A stretch of 64,000 nt of DNA from Eledone cirrhosa (GCA_964016885.1 OZ024745.1:68820001-68884000), one strand, 5' to 3'. Positions 26,835 through 38,958 are shown, counted from the first letter of the stretch. Program-made: numbers and translations. Notes: a model not told the origin generated them from the letters alone.

Positions 26835-27374
26835 CTACTGTACGTCTGTATACATATAAGTATGTACGTGTACATACTTATATTTAAGTAACAGCCGTAC
26901 TAAGACCGGGAAATGAAATTTCGTTTCATTTTTCCGTTTATAGTTTTCGGTGCACCCGGCCGATTAACCCACTCGATATGCAAATTGGGCTTCTCAGCTG
27001 TTAATATGCATAAGGTAAGTATATACGTTCAATAATCTGGCAGGAAGGTATACCTTGCTGACGATAGCTAATAAGCTTGAAACTAGTACAGCGTTCCTTT
27101 GTCAGTGTTGAACAAACGAGCAATGGTGGTTGCTAGACACTACGGCTTAATACGGGATGTTTGTTTACAAACACACCGAGCATTATAATAAAGGTTCGGT
27201 GAATCCATACGTACATATATATATGTGTGCATGTATGTATATATATATATATATATATATATACATACTACTGTACGTCTGTATACATATATGTATGTAC
27301 GTGTACATACTTATATTTAAGTAACAGCCGTACTAAAAGTGGATAATGAAATTTCGTTTCATTTTTTCCGTTTA
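26831..27374 (+). mobile_element. Retrozyme/Penelope-pLTR-like element: 433-bp unit plus ~110-bp partial second copy, embedded in (TA)n
   Basis: 26831-26940 repeated at 27264-27374; hammerhead core inside the unit; (TA)n at all junctions; no ORF. Confidence 0.65.
27055..27091 (+). ncRNA. Minimal type I hammerhead ribozyme
   Basis: ttg-CUGACGA-u-agct(aata)agct-u-GAAAC-ua-GUA|cag; palindromic stem III ACUAGU as in minimal PLE hammerheads. Confidence 0.65.
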
Positions 27375-27496
27375 TATATATATATATATATAAATATATA
27401 AATAAAACAATATTTTTGATCAATACTCAAAATATCCGTCGTATTGTCTAGCAATTGTACAGACCAACAGGAATGCTAGAAATAATATATATACGT

Positions 27497-27615
27497 GAAG
27501 GCGTGTGGCTGAGTGGTTAGAGAATTGGATTCGCAATCGTAAGTTTGTGAGTTCGATTCCTGGACCAGGCGATGCGTTATGTCCTTGAGCAAGACACTTT
27601 ATTTCACGTTGCTCC
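27497..27615 (+). mobile_element. tRNA-derived SINE head (family C) with Pol III A and B boxes
   Basis: tggctgagtgg (A box), gttcgattcc (B box), then tgtccttgagcaagacacttta. Confidence 0.75.
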
Positions 27616-27708
27616 TTCTACCTGGAGTTGCGACCGATAGATAGTATTAGCAATTGGAAAGACCAACGGAAACATTGTTCCCTCGGTCCGATTTGATGAA
27701 AGTCGATC

Positions 27709-27741
<33 letters not shown>

Positions 27742-27747
<6 letters not shown>

Positions 27748-28530
27748 AGATCAAAAGATGGTTAAAGGAGTTCCATGTATTTTATTATGCGCATTTCAAA
27801 AACAAACATCATCATGCAATAATATTTGTGTTTTCATCAGATAAAACAGGAGAACATGATATGAAGGCTAAAAAACACTTGTGGATAGTGCAGTTTTAAA
27901 TCAACATATGAAAAGTGGTTTTAGATTGATGTGTGATATTGGGAAAAATATTTTATTTAGAGAGGGGGTGGGGGGGTGGAAAGGATGAAAAAGGGGAGGA
28001 GATGAGAGGGAGAGATGGGTGATAGAGAGAAAGAGATAGTTTTTATAACTGAGAGGAGATATATTGTTTTACATAGAGAGGTTGAAAACCGTTGGAAGAT
28101 AATGTATAAATTAAAAAAATTTGAAAATTAACGAAAGGAGGATATGTGCGAGGAAAAAGTATTTTATTTAGGGAGGGGGGTGGAAAGGATGAAAAAAGGG
28201 TGAGGAGATGAGAGTGAAGGTGGAGAGGGAGAGATGGGTGATAGAGAGAAAGAGATAGTTTTTATAACTGAGAGAAAGATATATTGTTTTACATAGAGAG
28301 GTTGAGAACCGTTGGAAGATAATGTATAAATTAAAGGAATTTGAAAATTAACGAGGGGAATTTATGTATGAAGATAGAGAGAAGAAATAATAATTGTGGA
28401 TGAATATTCTAACGTCAAAAAAGGGTATGTTGATAAGTATTGTGGCAATTTCAAAATTAACGAAGAGAAAAATTATTAAGGTTTGTGTGTAGAAGGATTT
28501 GAGAAAAATAAGATATCTTATCCGATATCT
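27742..28530 (-). mobile_element. Decayed Penelope-like element with hammerhead and internal ~200-bp tandem duplication
   Basis: Hammerhead at 27770-27855 near the (TA)n-abutting end; ~27945-28135 duplicated at ~28155-28353; faint RT-thumb-like remnant (NIPFFDVRI) on minus. Confidence 0.5.
27770..27855 (-). ncRNA. Type I hammerhead ribozyme
   Basis: Minus strand: tgttttat-CUGAUGA-long stem II (aaacacaaatattatt/gatgatgtttgttttt)-GAAA-UGCGC-AUA|ataaaata; stem I 8 bp plus gttc/gaac; palindromic stem III AUGCGCAU. Confidence 0.8.
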
Positions 28531-28842
28531 GCATTGCTTTATTGTACTACAATAAAACTCAGCTCCTACATATATATATATATATGAATATTTAGTGGCA
28601 AGAACACTGGTGGCTAATATCCGTAGTAGTAGAGTACCCAGTCCATGGGACGAGTTTGGTAGAAGTAGTTCTACAACAGTTAATATACTTTTCGGAAATG
28701 GTGTACTAATTGTTGTGGAACTACTTTATATATATAAAGGAAAACCACATCGTTTTCCTTTATAGATCCTGTCTGTTCATCGGGTACTTATTTTGTTATC
28801 CCCACCAGTAATTCATTGAATCACACACTATATATATCTATA

Positions 28843-28872
<30 letters not shown>

Positions 28873-28876
<4 letters not shown>

Positions 28877-28943
28877 TTTGATTTACCTTAATTTTGGATA
28901 TATATATATATATATATATATTCATTTGATTTAACTTAATTTT

Positions 28944-28987
<44 letters not shown>

Positions 28988-29327
28988 GTTTGATTTACCT
29001 TAATTTTGGATATATATATATATATTCGTTTGATTTACCTTAATTTTGGAGATATATATATATATTCATTTGATTTACCTTAATTTTGGATATTTATATA
29101 TATATTCATTTGATTTACCTTAATTTTGGATATATATATATATATTCGTTTGATTTACCTTAATTTTGGAGATATATATATATATTCATTTGATTTACCT
29201 TAATTTTGGATATTTATATATATATTCATTTGATTTACCTTAATTTTGGAGATATATATATATATTCATTTGATTTACCTTAATTTTGGATATTTATATA
29301 TATATTCATTTGATTTACCTTAATTTT

Positions 29328-29366
<39 letters not shown>

Positions 29367-29777
29367 TTTGATTTACCTTAATTTTGGATATATATATATA
29401 TATATATATATTCATTTGATTTACCTTAATTTTGGATATATATATATATATACATTTGATTTACCTTAATTTTGGATATATATATATATATTCATTTGAT
29501 TTACCTTAATTTTGGATATATATTTATATATATATTCATTTGATTTACCTTAATTTTGGATATATATTTATATATATATTCATTTGATTTACCTTAATTT
29601 TGGATATATATTTATATATATATTCATTTGATTTACCTTAATTTTGGATATATATTTATATATATATTCATTTGATTTACCTTAATTTTGGATATATATT
29701 TATATATATATTCGTTTGATTTACCTTAATTTTGGATATATATATATATATATATTCATTTGATTTACCTTAATTTT

Positions 29778-29808
<31 letters not shown>
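28873..29808. repeat. Compound minisatellite: 26-bp core ttcatttgatttaccttaattttgga alternating with variable (TA)n, ~21 copies
   Basis: Direct reading; period varies ~38-64 bp with TA length. Confidence 0.97.
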
Positions 29809-29839
<31 letters not shown>

Positions 29840-30653
29840 TATGCCTGTTTTTATGCTATCCGCTCGACAAATATAGAAAGATAAAATAAGTATCAGACCT
29901 GAAAGATTGGTGTACTGAGGTCGATATAATCGATTAAATCCTTACAATGGGGGATGATGGGGGGCATGGTCGCAGTCAAATCACAAACCGATTAAAGAAT
30001 TACTGAGAAAACAATTCAATATACAATAAACAGAATAGTTTGAAAGAAACTACTATGTATTTCTAGACATAACACACACAAAGACACAAAATTGTATTAG
30101 AAAATACTTTGCACCGGATGTAGAGCTAAGGTGAATATTTCAGTGCATGGAATTATTTCAGGATTAATAACAAACATTTGGTTCGGAATCTCTCGCTTAT
30201 TCAATCATCGCCAATGAATAGTTGAAGTAGAAAGCAATGTGTTACAGAGTACATAGTTGGCAACTTTGACAAACTGATGGAGAAACCTAAATGGAAACAG
30301 CTGTGTTGACTGTAGCATTTACTTACGTAGTATGCCTTCACAAGCACAACATTTCGCCCCCACCCCACATATTTCTAATGAAAAATGCCGTCTATGAAAA
30401 ATATTCAACAATTTTGTGGGATTTAGTGAAATAAGGATTTTATTGTTAAGCTGGTGTTTGGAACATAACAGTTCTTACATGAAATTGTTATGGAAAGCTT
30501 TAAGTTAATAAACACTTTTAACACCTTTCTAATGAAAGGATACTGCCTATGATTTTCAAATGACATTTAAAATATTCGAAAATTTGGAGGGATTTCGTAA
30601 AATAACTTTCTCATTATTAAACTTGTGTTAGGTATATAATTGTATAAAATAAT

Positions 30654-30839
30654 TGTTTCTACTTTAGGCACAAGGCCAGCAATTACCCAGTGCATTACTG
30701 GTACTTTATTTTATCGACTCCGTAAGGATGAAAGGCAAAGTCAACCTCGGCGGGATTTGAACTCAGATCGTAAAGGGACGTAACTATGCTGGAAAGCATG
30801 GCGTCCGACCCTCTCCCGATACTGCCAATCCACCGCCCT
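30654..30839 (-). mobile_element. Young full-length SINE family A with 15-bp target-site duplication
   Basis: attgtataaaataat at 30639-30653 and 30840-30854. Confidence 0.93.
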
Positions 30840-31519
30840 ATTGTATAAAATAATGATGAAAGGTTGTTAGATTAATGTAAACGCTTAAATTCTTTCGTTG
30901 TCATGTGTCTAATGAAAACTGTCGATAATTTTCAGAACATTTTGAAAATAATTCGCAGTTTGTTAGATATAGCATTATTTCTAATGGAACATAACTTAAC
31001 AATTACATAAAATAATGATGCAAGTATTGTTTAGATAAATATAAACAGCTTTCTATCAAAAAACCAGTGGTGGTTTCGGGTGAATTTTGTAAATTTGACA
31101 AACTGATGAAGACGAATAAATTTGACCGAAAACAGCTGTGTTGACTGTAAGTTAGGGAAGAGGGATTTATTTATGTATGCCTTCACAAACGCATCATTTG
31201 ACGTGTAAATACAGATTACCAAAACGGAAGAGAGCTATCAAGAAAAAAGGGGTAGAAATAGCGTATTGCTTCACTAAATAAACAAATATTATCAAAATAC
31301 TGTTTATAGTGTTTTATTTTTAAAATAACTGAAGAAATAGCGAGGAATATTTGAGTAGAGTATTCTATACTTAATTATTTGTTTGAATATATCAATAAAC
31401 GGACTGAAATGAAAATTCATCCAAGCTTTTAACAAACATTTATTTCACACACCATACATATACAAATATGTGTATATTTCGTTTTTGTATTTGTTTTGTA
31501 AGATTTTTTTTATCAGAAA

Positions 31520-31755
31520 AAGTGTGCTCAAACATATATTGTTATACTTATTTTTTCTGTTTTTAGTTCTCTCTATGATATTCCAATATATGCTCCTATA
31601 CATGGCGCAACTCCCATTCGCATCATTTTCTATAATATTTATCCATTTGGTCCAGGCATCTTTATACACCCTGATCATGTCTCTCTGATTGTAGCCAGAG
31701 AACTGCATGCGGTGGATGAAGCGTTGTACGTGTCTCTAATTCTTTAGGATCGTAC
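31520..31755 (-). mobile_element. Penelope-like element ORF fragment (RT thumb/linker region)
   Basis: ILKN*RHVQRFIHRMQFSGYNQRDMIRVYKDAWTKW...DANGSCAMYRSIYWNIIERTKNRKNK resembles the RMQ.SGY...G..P.YR...W...ER..K linker of PLE ORFs. Confidence 0.6.
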
Positions 31756-34269
31756 ATGCAGGAGACATTCTTCCTCATTCTTACATCACATCTAGTGACA
31801 AGTAGGAAAAAAAGATAGCAAATCAATAAATAAATAAATCAGTGTATAAATAAACAAATAAAAAGCAAACACATCCGGATGTAACGCATGCGCAGCCCAG
31901 ATACACCGATAAAAAAAAAAAAATGACGTAAAACGAACCGTATGCGTGACTCTCGCCAATAATTCTGTTAGGGTCATTTCAATTAATTTTCTATTACCTA
32001 TTCTTACAAGACCTTCCTCAGAGCTACCCTGCAATAGTTCTGTCAGGGTTGTTTCCCTTATCTATCTGTTATCCCTTGCACTTATACGACCTCCCGTGTT
32101 GCACTTCATTATGTCTGCCAGGGTTGTTGCCCTCATACCTAATATTCACAAGATAGTAAGACGATATGATCTTTAGCTGGAGGTCTGCCAATGGCAATTG
32201 CGTGCTACAATCTTACTCGCAAGGAAATGGAGGTTTAAATCTGAAGCTTTACATCTCCTGGACCAAAGATAGAGAAACTGTGGCACTTTCGACTATCTCA
32301 AATAGCTCTCTGGCGCTCAGTATTCATTCAGTTTACTTTATTTTATTTTTTTAATTAAACTAAAAGCTAAGACTTGTAACTCTGGCGTTGAAGCAATTTC
32401 AGGTACGATTAAAAGTAATAGATCACTTTGAGTAAGAAAAGTTAAGTAAATTCCTGTCTTCTTGTATGTGCCTTTGTGTTTAATAAATTAGGCATTTATA
32501 GTTAAAAATGTTTTTTTTCGGATTGAAACGGTTCTCAACCCCTGTCGTAGACAGATGAACTGACTAGAACTAGCTCCCCACCTCCATGGTCTTACTCCGC
32601 GGTCGGGGACTAACTCGAATAATAATTCAAGATCATTTTCCCTCTGCTGGTTCCATCCATCGCTTTGTCAGCTCTTGTTTTTGTCCTGCTGGGTTTTCTA
32701 ACCCTCCTGACAAGGCTAGCATGGTAAGGAAAGTGTCAGTTTAGTCTCATCAATACAAGCTAGTTAACAATTGAATGTATTATCGCACGTTTTCACCTTT
32801 CAGCTATAGTTTTCCTTGGTATTCTCTAAACGAATGTCAATTGCAACAAAGCTACAACTCATAAAAATTAATAATTTATTTCCATAAACTGACAGATGAA
32901 TTGATTTTCAATCCCATTAGCAGATAACAGGTTTTCTGTGTTCTTGAAAACGTTACGTAATGATAATTGCGCAGAAGAGGCAATCAGACAACTTGAGTGA
33001 GTGGACTGCGTAGAAACTATTTTAGGTCACAATGTCACAGTTAGTAAAACAACCCAGTATTTTTTCTTCAGATTTTAAATGTAACATAAGTTGAACGGTT
33101 CTAATTTCATTCTCTTTTGTTTGTATACAAGCATAGCATTATTTGAGTCGTTAGGAAATTGGATTAAGCGTCTCACTGCGTTCTGAGTTCAAATCCCAAT
33201 CGAAGTCAACTTTAACTTTCATAATTTCAAAGTCGATAAATAAATTTCCAGTCCATTATTCCCCCCCCCCCCCCCCCCCCACACACACTCTCTCTCCCTG
33301 GAAAAAATCGGGTGTTTGTGTTCCAACACGAAGAGTAAAAGGCTCCGTTAGGTTTTAAATGCCCAGAATATGTTGTGTTTCTTGGCAGCACCACGCGACT
33401 CCATCAGAAGTTAAGTGACATTCTTTTCCTTTGAGTAGTGGCTATAATCATATATTCATTTCATATTCAGGGGAGACGGAACCATTGTTAGTTACCTTAC
33501 TGAAGATGGAAAATTTGGAAATATATATATTACAAGGTTTAAAGTGTTTTTCATGGTTGTATGGATAAAGAGTACGCTTCTAAACTATGTGATTTCGGGT
33601 TCGCTCCCACTGCATAGTCACTTGGGCAAGTGATTTTACTGACCAATGCCTTTTGAATAAAATTTAGGAGATGAAGACGGGGTGGAATCCCCACAACACA
33701 CACTCGTGTGTGTGTATGTATGTATGAGTTAGAGTATACGTTTACTGTTTGTTTATGGGCTATAATTTAGCGGTTCAAGTTTAAGAGAATACAAATTATC
33801 GCCTCTGTACTGGTACTTTATTTATCCGCTCCGAAATGATGAAAGGCCAAGTTGACCACGGCAGAGAGCCAAAACAAATAGTAAGGTGTTAAATTCAATG
33901 CACAAACAACTCTGTTAATTCAGTCTTTACACTAGAATCAGGAATACGATGTAAGAAGAATTATGAGTCTAAAGAATATGAAAGCTGAAATAAGCAGAAC
34001 TGAGAATGTAAATAGAAGGAAAAAAGTTTGAAGATAATGCGTAGAACCAATCCAAAAATGAGATCACGCAAGCATTATGAATTTGAATTCAATGAAATAC
34101 TTATCGTGGCAGAAATACCCCCCCCCCCCCCCATGGTGTAAATTCTAATATCAATAGTTAGCACAGCATTAACAGGCAGAAAGTATCATAGTTGTTGCAG
34201 TGGGTAAAGTTAAATTGTTATTCGTCAGTACTGTTTATAATAACATTAGAAAAGTAAGATTTTCTTTTA

Positions 34270-34432
34270 AATAATTGTTTCTACTTTTGGCTCAAGACCA
34301 GCTATTACCCCAGCGCATTACTGGTACTTTATCTTATCGATCCCGTAAGGATGAAAAGCAAAGTTAACCTCGACGGGATTTGAACTCAGACCGTAAACGG
34401 GCTTAACTATGCTGGAAAGCATGGCGTCCAAC
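34270..34432 (-). mobile_element. 5'-truncated SINE family A copy
   Basis: Reverse complement match. Confidence 0.85.
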
Positions 34433-34710
34433 ATGCTAAGATATTTTTCTCGTTGTACACACAGCTTATATAAACAACTGACACTAATATATAAAAAGAG
34501 AAAGATAGAGAGAGAAATAGGCAGGTAGATAGATATTCATTGATTCATTACGAGCAGGCCTGTTGGCCTGTCGAAACGAAAGAACCTTGCGTTGAGATTT
34601 TACTGAATATTGATACAGACTCTGTACCGAGAGTGTGTCGATTACTACCATAGTTTGTGGTCATTCCGACATCAGAAAATACATGAAAATGTGGGGATCC
34701 CAAACACAGA

Positions 34711-34942
34711 AAATAACTGTAACATTAAATCGGTATAAATAAAAGCTTATGAAAAAGTAGATGGGAAAAATAGCGACTTCGGTAATTCATATATAATGTG
34801 TGTGTACAATAAAATCCCAAATTGAAAGCTTTTTTCACACACACACACACACATATATATATATGAATTACCGAAGTCGCTATTTTTCCTATCTACTTTT
34901 TCATAAGCTCTTATTTATACCGACCTAATGTTACAGTTATTT
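34711..34942. repeat. ~80-bp inverted repeat around a TA/CA microsatellite core
   Basis: 34711-34790 vs 34863-34942, few mismatches. Confidence 0.9.
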
Positions 34943-37819
34943 TTCATGTGTATATATATATATTTATTTAGGGTTCTTATATATTTGATATATATTTATC
35001 CTTATCGAGCCCTCTTTGAATTTTAGTCTTCACATTTATTATTATTACTATATATATATATATGAGAGAGAGAGAATAATTTTTATGTGTGTACATCAAT
35101 AAAAAAGCAAATATGCCCAAGTTTTGTTTTATTAAGTATTTTCTTCTTTCCTTATTCTGCCTGCAGCCACATTTTTAAATCCATCGATATCTTTAGACCA
35201 TTCTGGTCTTATTTTGACTCACCTGGTAATTGAGAGCGTTTGTTATCGATCTTTTATACCAGGAAAGAACCATAAGGAATGATCTTGTGTTAATATCGAT
35301 GTCATTATCACCAGATTTGAAAATGCTTGACCGTTAAATCAAAGATTCTTTCATCAACAAGCAATAAATTAAATTACATTAACAAAATCTATTCGATGTA
35401 CAGAAATGACGAATACATTACCAATTTTCTACTTTTTTATATCAAGCAGATTGCAACATGCATTACTTCTAATGCTAAACTAGCAAGCAATATATATAGT
35501 TCTAATATACAGAAATAATAAATATACAATCTGCTGAACAAATTTCAGGCACGTAAATGTCATTTAGATATTTCTATGCATACATGAAAGTTGTTAACTT
35601 CATACCTAATTGCTAGATTAGATATAAAAATATGACATGTTCTCACTCTTTGTGTATATTTAACAAAGATCTAGTGAAACATAACGCAATACAAAAGAAA
35701 ACATTAGCTGATGATACAATAATCCTGCATAAAATTCTTCACTATTACAACTAGAACGTTAATCGTGGATGCTATCCATTTTATATAAATGAAATATGAC
35801 AACTTGTAATACACGCATAGGATCAAATTAATACACATCTTAATATCTAAGTCTCAATTTTGATTGCTGAAAGAAACCTGGAATTTTTCTTTTTATCTTA
35901 CTAAGCCATCGGCCCTTTTTATCGTACTTAGCCTCGCCAGCACCCGCGGTAATGCTGCGAGCGTGTTGGTTTGTCACAAAATATTCCGTTGACCTTTGTG
36001 GTGTGGTGTGCAGCCGATTGTCGCATCATTTGATGGTTACTTGGTGGTCGTTTTTGTTTGAATTTCCCTTTTTTCTTTCTCCAGAATAAGACCAGAAAGG
36101 AGACAGAAGAACAAATATTACAATATCATTTCTAATTAGTTAGCTTTTTCGGGTATGTTTTCTTTTGCTTTATGTGTTTTTGCCCATCTTTCCTGCACAA
36201 CACATACAAGCATGAATGCTATTCCATATATTCTTCGAACTTTCATAACATACGGTGTATTTTACAATATATTTAAATGCATTTATTACGAATTTGTGCA
36301 TGCCAGGTGGTAGCCAACAGTAACAGCACGAACCAGTGTATGAAAAATTGTCACCCCCACTCGTCTGTGCTCTCTCTCTGCTTGTTTTATATTCTTTAAC
36401 GTCATGAGAAACTGAATATTGTAGTGAGATTTCGTGTACGATCGAGATTTAGTTTACAAACTAAAGATGCATTAAAAAAATACATAGATATGGCTACACT
36501 CATAGGTCGTATTACACAAGAAGTTAGGAATTTTTTGTTTAATGTTTAGTTATTTGATCAGAACTTAGTGAACGATTAGTTTTTTCTAACTTTTCTTGAC
36601 TTTATATTTGGTTTTCAAAACTAAAATATGTATTATTTTGTTTTCCATCACTGCACACACTTTGTGAACTTTTCTATGATCTGTAGTGAAAAATACAAGA
36701 AGCTGTAATTTATTTTTGTTCTTTCTTTAGCTTCAGAAATAGGTGTTATATTATACTCAAGTCATATACACAAATACAGTATTATTTACTTATCTAACAT
36801 TGTTTTATATAGTGCGCTTGCTTATTCTGGTACAGCACAGTAATTTTACTTTGATATTTCTATACAGAAGAATTAAATATTATACTGCAAGGAAAAAGAA
36901 ATCAAATAAGGTTGAGACTTTTTCATTGATAGGGGCCTGTTAACAACCCCATAACTCTTGTACTGTAATAACGTGTATATCGATTGTAATTTACTGACAA
37001 AAGGCCTATCGATCCTTTACACAAGACTGATCTAACAAACGGTATATCCATTCAGAGCCAGTTGAAAAGTTCCCCATTATGTACCAGAAAATATATACAC
37101 GAAGTAGTAAAACCTGGTTTGTTTCGTTCTATATCACGAACAAGATAAATATATATCATTACCTTTAGATGTAAACATAAAGTAACATATACAACTGAAC
37201 TAACATTTTCAATCGAACAAATTGAATAGGTGCAGGTATGGCCATAGGTATATGCATAGATATTGTGGCAGGCGTGGCTATAGGCACCAACATAGAAATA
37301 AGCATAGGTATAGCTATAGTTATAGGCGTGGTTAGAGGTACAGACGTAGCTATATGGGCAGATATGGCAATGGTTACAGGCATAGCTATAGTTGTAGGTG
37401 TGTTTTTATTCACAGACATAAGCATAGGCGCAGGCATTGGTTTGTAGTTAAAGAGTTAATTGCAGAAACATATGATTTCAGTGCCGTCCCATTGTGTTAC
37501 AACATGGAAAGTGACATACATCTACAAAAGCCTCAAACTGACCATGCGGAAAATGTCAGCAAGTATGTGTGTGTATATATAGATATAGTATTGGTGAAAA
37601 GACAAATGAGGACCTGATATCACAATAGAGCTTGGAGCAGCCTTAATAAACTCGGTATGAGTGTGTATATGTGGTAGTTGCCACAAAAATATGAATACTG
37701 TTTATAAAAATATCAGTGGTGATATTTGTTTATGTCTACAATAAATAATACATTCTGCAGCGTTGTGGCTCGACGAACACCAATGGAATATATATATTTA
37801 AGTTATTTCGGGTTCAAGC

Positions 37820-37868
37820 GCTTCCTGATGATTTCTCACGAATGAAACAGTTCTAGAGCTGTAGAAGC
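37820..37868 (+). ncRNA. Type I hammerhead ribozyme, intact core
   Basis: gcttc-CUGAUGA(37825-31)-u-ttc(tcac)gaa-u-GAAA(37844-47)-cagttc-ta-gagct-GUA(37861-63)|gaagc; stem I 5 bp, stem III 7 bp near-palindromic; (TA)n ~12 nt downstream. Confidence 0.8.
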
Positions 37869-37877
37869 TTTTCTATA

Positions 37878-37920
<43 letters not shown>

Positions 37921-38045
37921 CAGACGAAAGCTCAAATCGTTCGTTTGTTTTATCTCGGACTGCTTCAGCCCTGCATCTGAAAAGAGGATATAGCCCTGAA
38001 ATATCATGCCATAATACACTGGGTTAAATATTACTTTACTTTGTT

Positions 38046-38094
<49 letters not shown>

Positions 38095-38820
38095 CGTTGA
38101 CGTGACGATCGACACAAGAAATCCAGCCTCAATAAGTTTTATCCAACCCATTCAAGCATGGAAAAATCAGGCGCAAAACCGATTATGACGAGGATGATGA
38201 TGTTAGCGATGATACCAGATTTGCCCATACGCCCATCCACCCATTACTTTCCAGTGGACAAATTGATGCAATTACAATGTTAGAAAATATTGTATGATCA
38301 GTAACTATACTCATTGAATCAGTTTCCATATAATCAAATAAGCCATAGCCAATCATTTTTACACTAGAAGAGAAAAATGACTATATAGAAATTCCTTCAG
38401 AGAAAAATAAAGCAGAAAGAAATGATAGGTTTATAAAAAAATTGCTTCCGCTGTTTTTATCTACCAACTTAAAGAACCCATTATTGAAAGCACGAGTGTA
38501 ATTGTGCCGTTTTATATCGTCTTATCTAAGCAAAAGCGATGTAAAGTGCTTTCCTATTCAGAGCATTTTTTCTTTCTAAAGGCAAGGCAACATTAAAAGT
38601 GCAAGTTATGATAGAAAACAGGGTCATAGTGAGTTGATGGGATGTAATAATGTAATAGTATCCTGTTGATTAAACAAAAAACTATCTGGTTGAACAATTA
38701 TTAATCTATATTATAATAAATGCACAGCTTTTTTTGTCCACCTGTCACACGAACACGGTTTTTTCAAAACGTTCTAGAATGCATTCTGTCAACGGTGTTG
38801 TCTATTTGTCTCCTTCTACT

Positions 38821-38958
<138 letters not shown>

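Noticed and set aside
27497-27575. tRNA gene
   Set aside because: A and B boxes are present but there is no full cloverleaf, and it continues into a multi-copy SINE body
28873-29808. CRISPR-like constant repeat with variable spacers
   Set aside because: Spacers are only (TA)n variants, there are no cas genes, and the context is eukaryotic
37165-37447. Hydrophobic GIAI/PIAI-repeat ORFs resembling a membrane or structural protein
   Set aside because: Degenerate 6-bp ataggc/ataggt repeat leading into a family B SINE head; open on both strands because of low complexity
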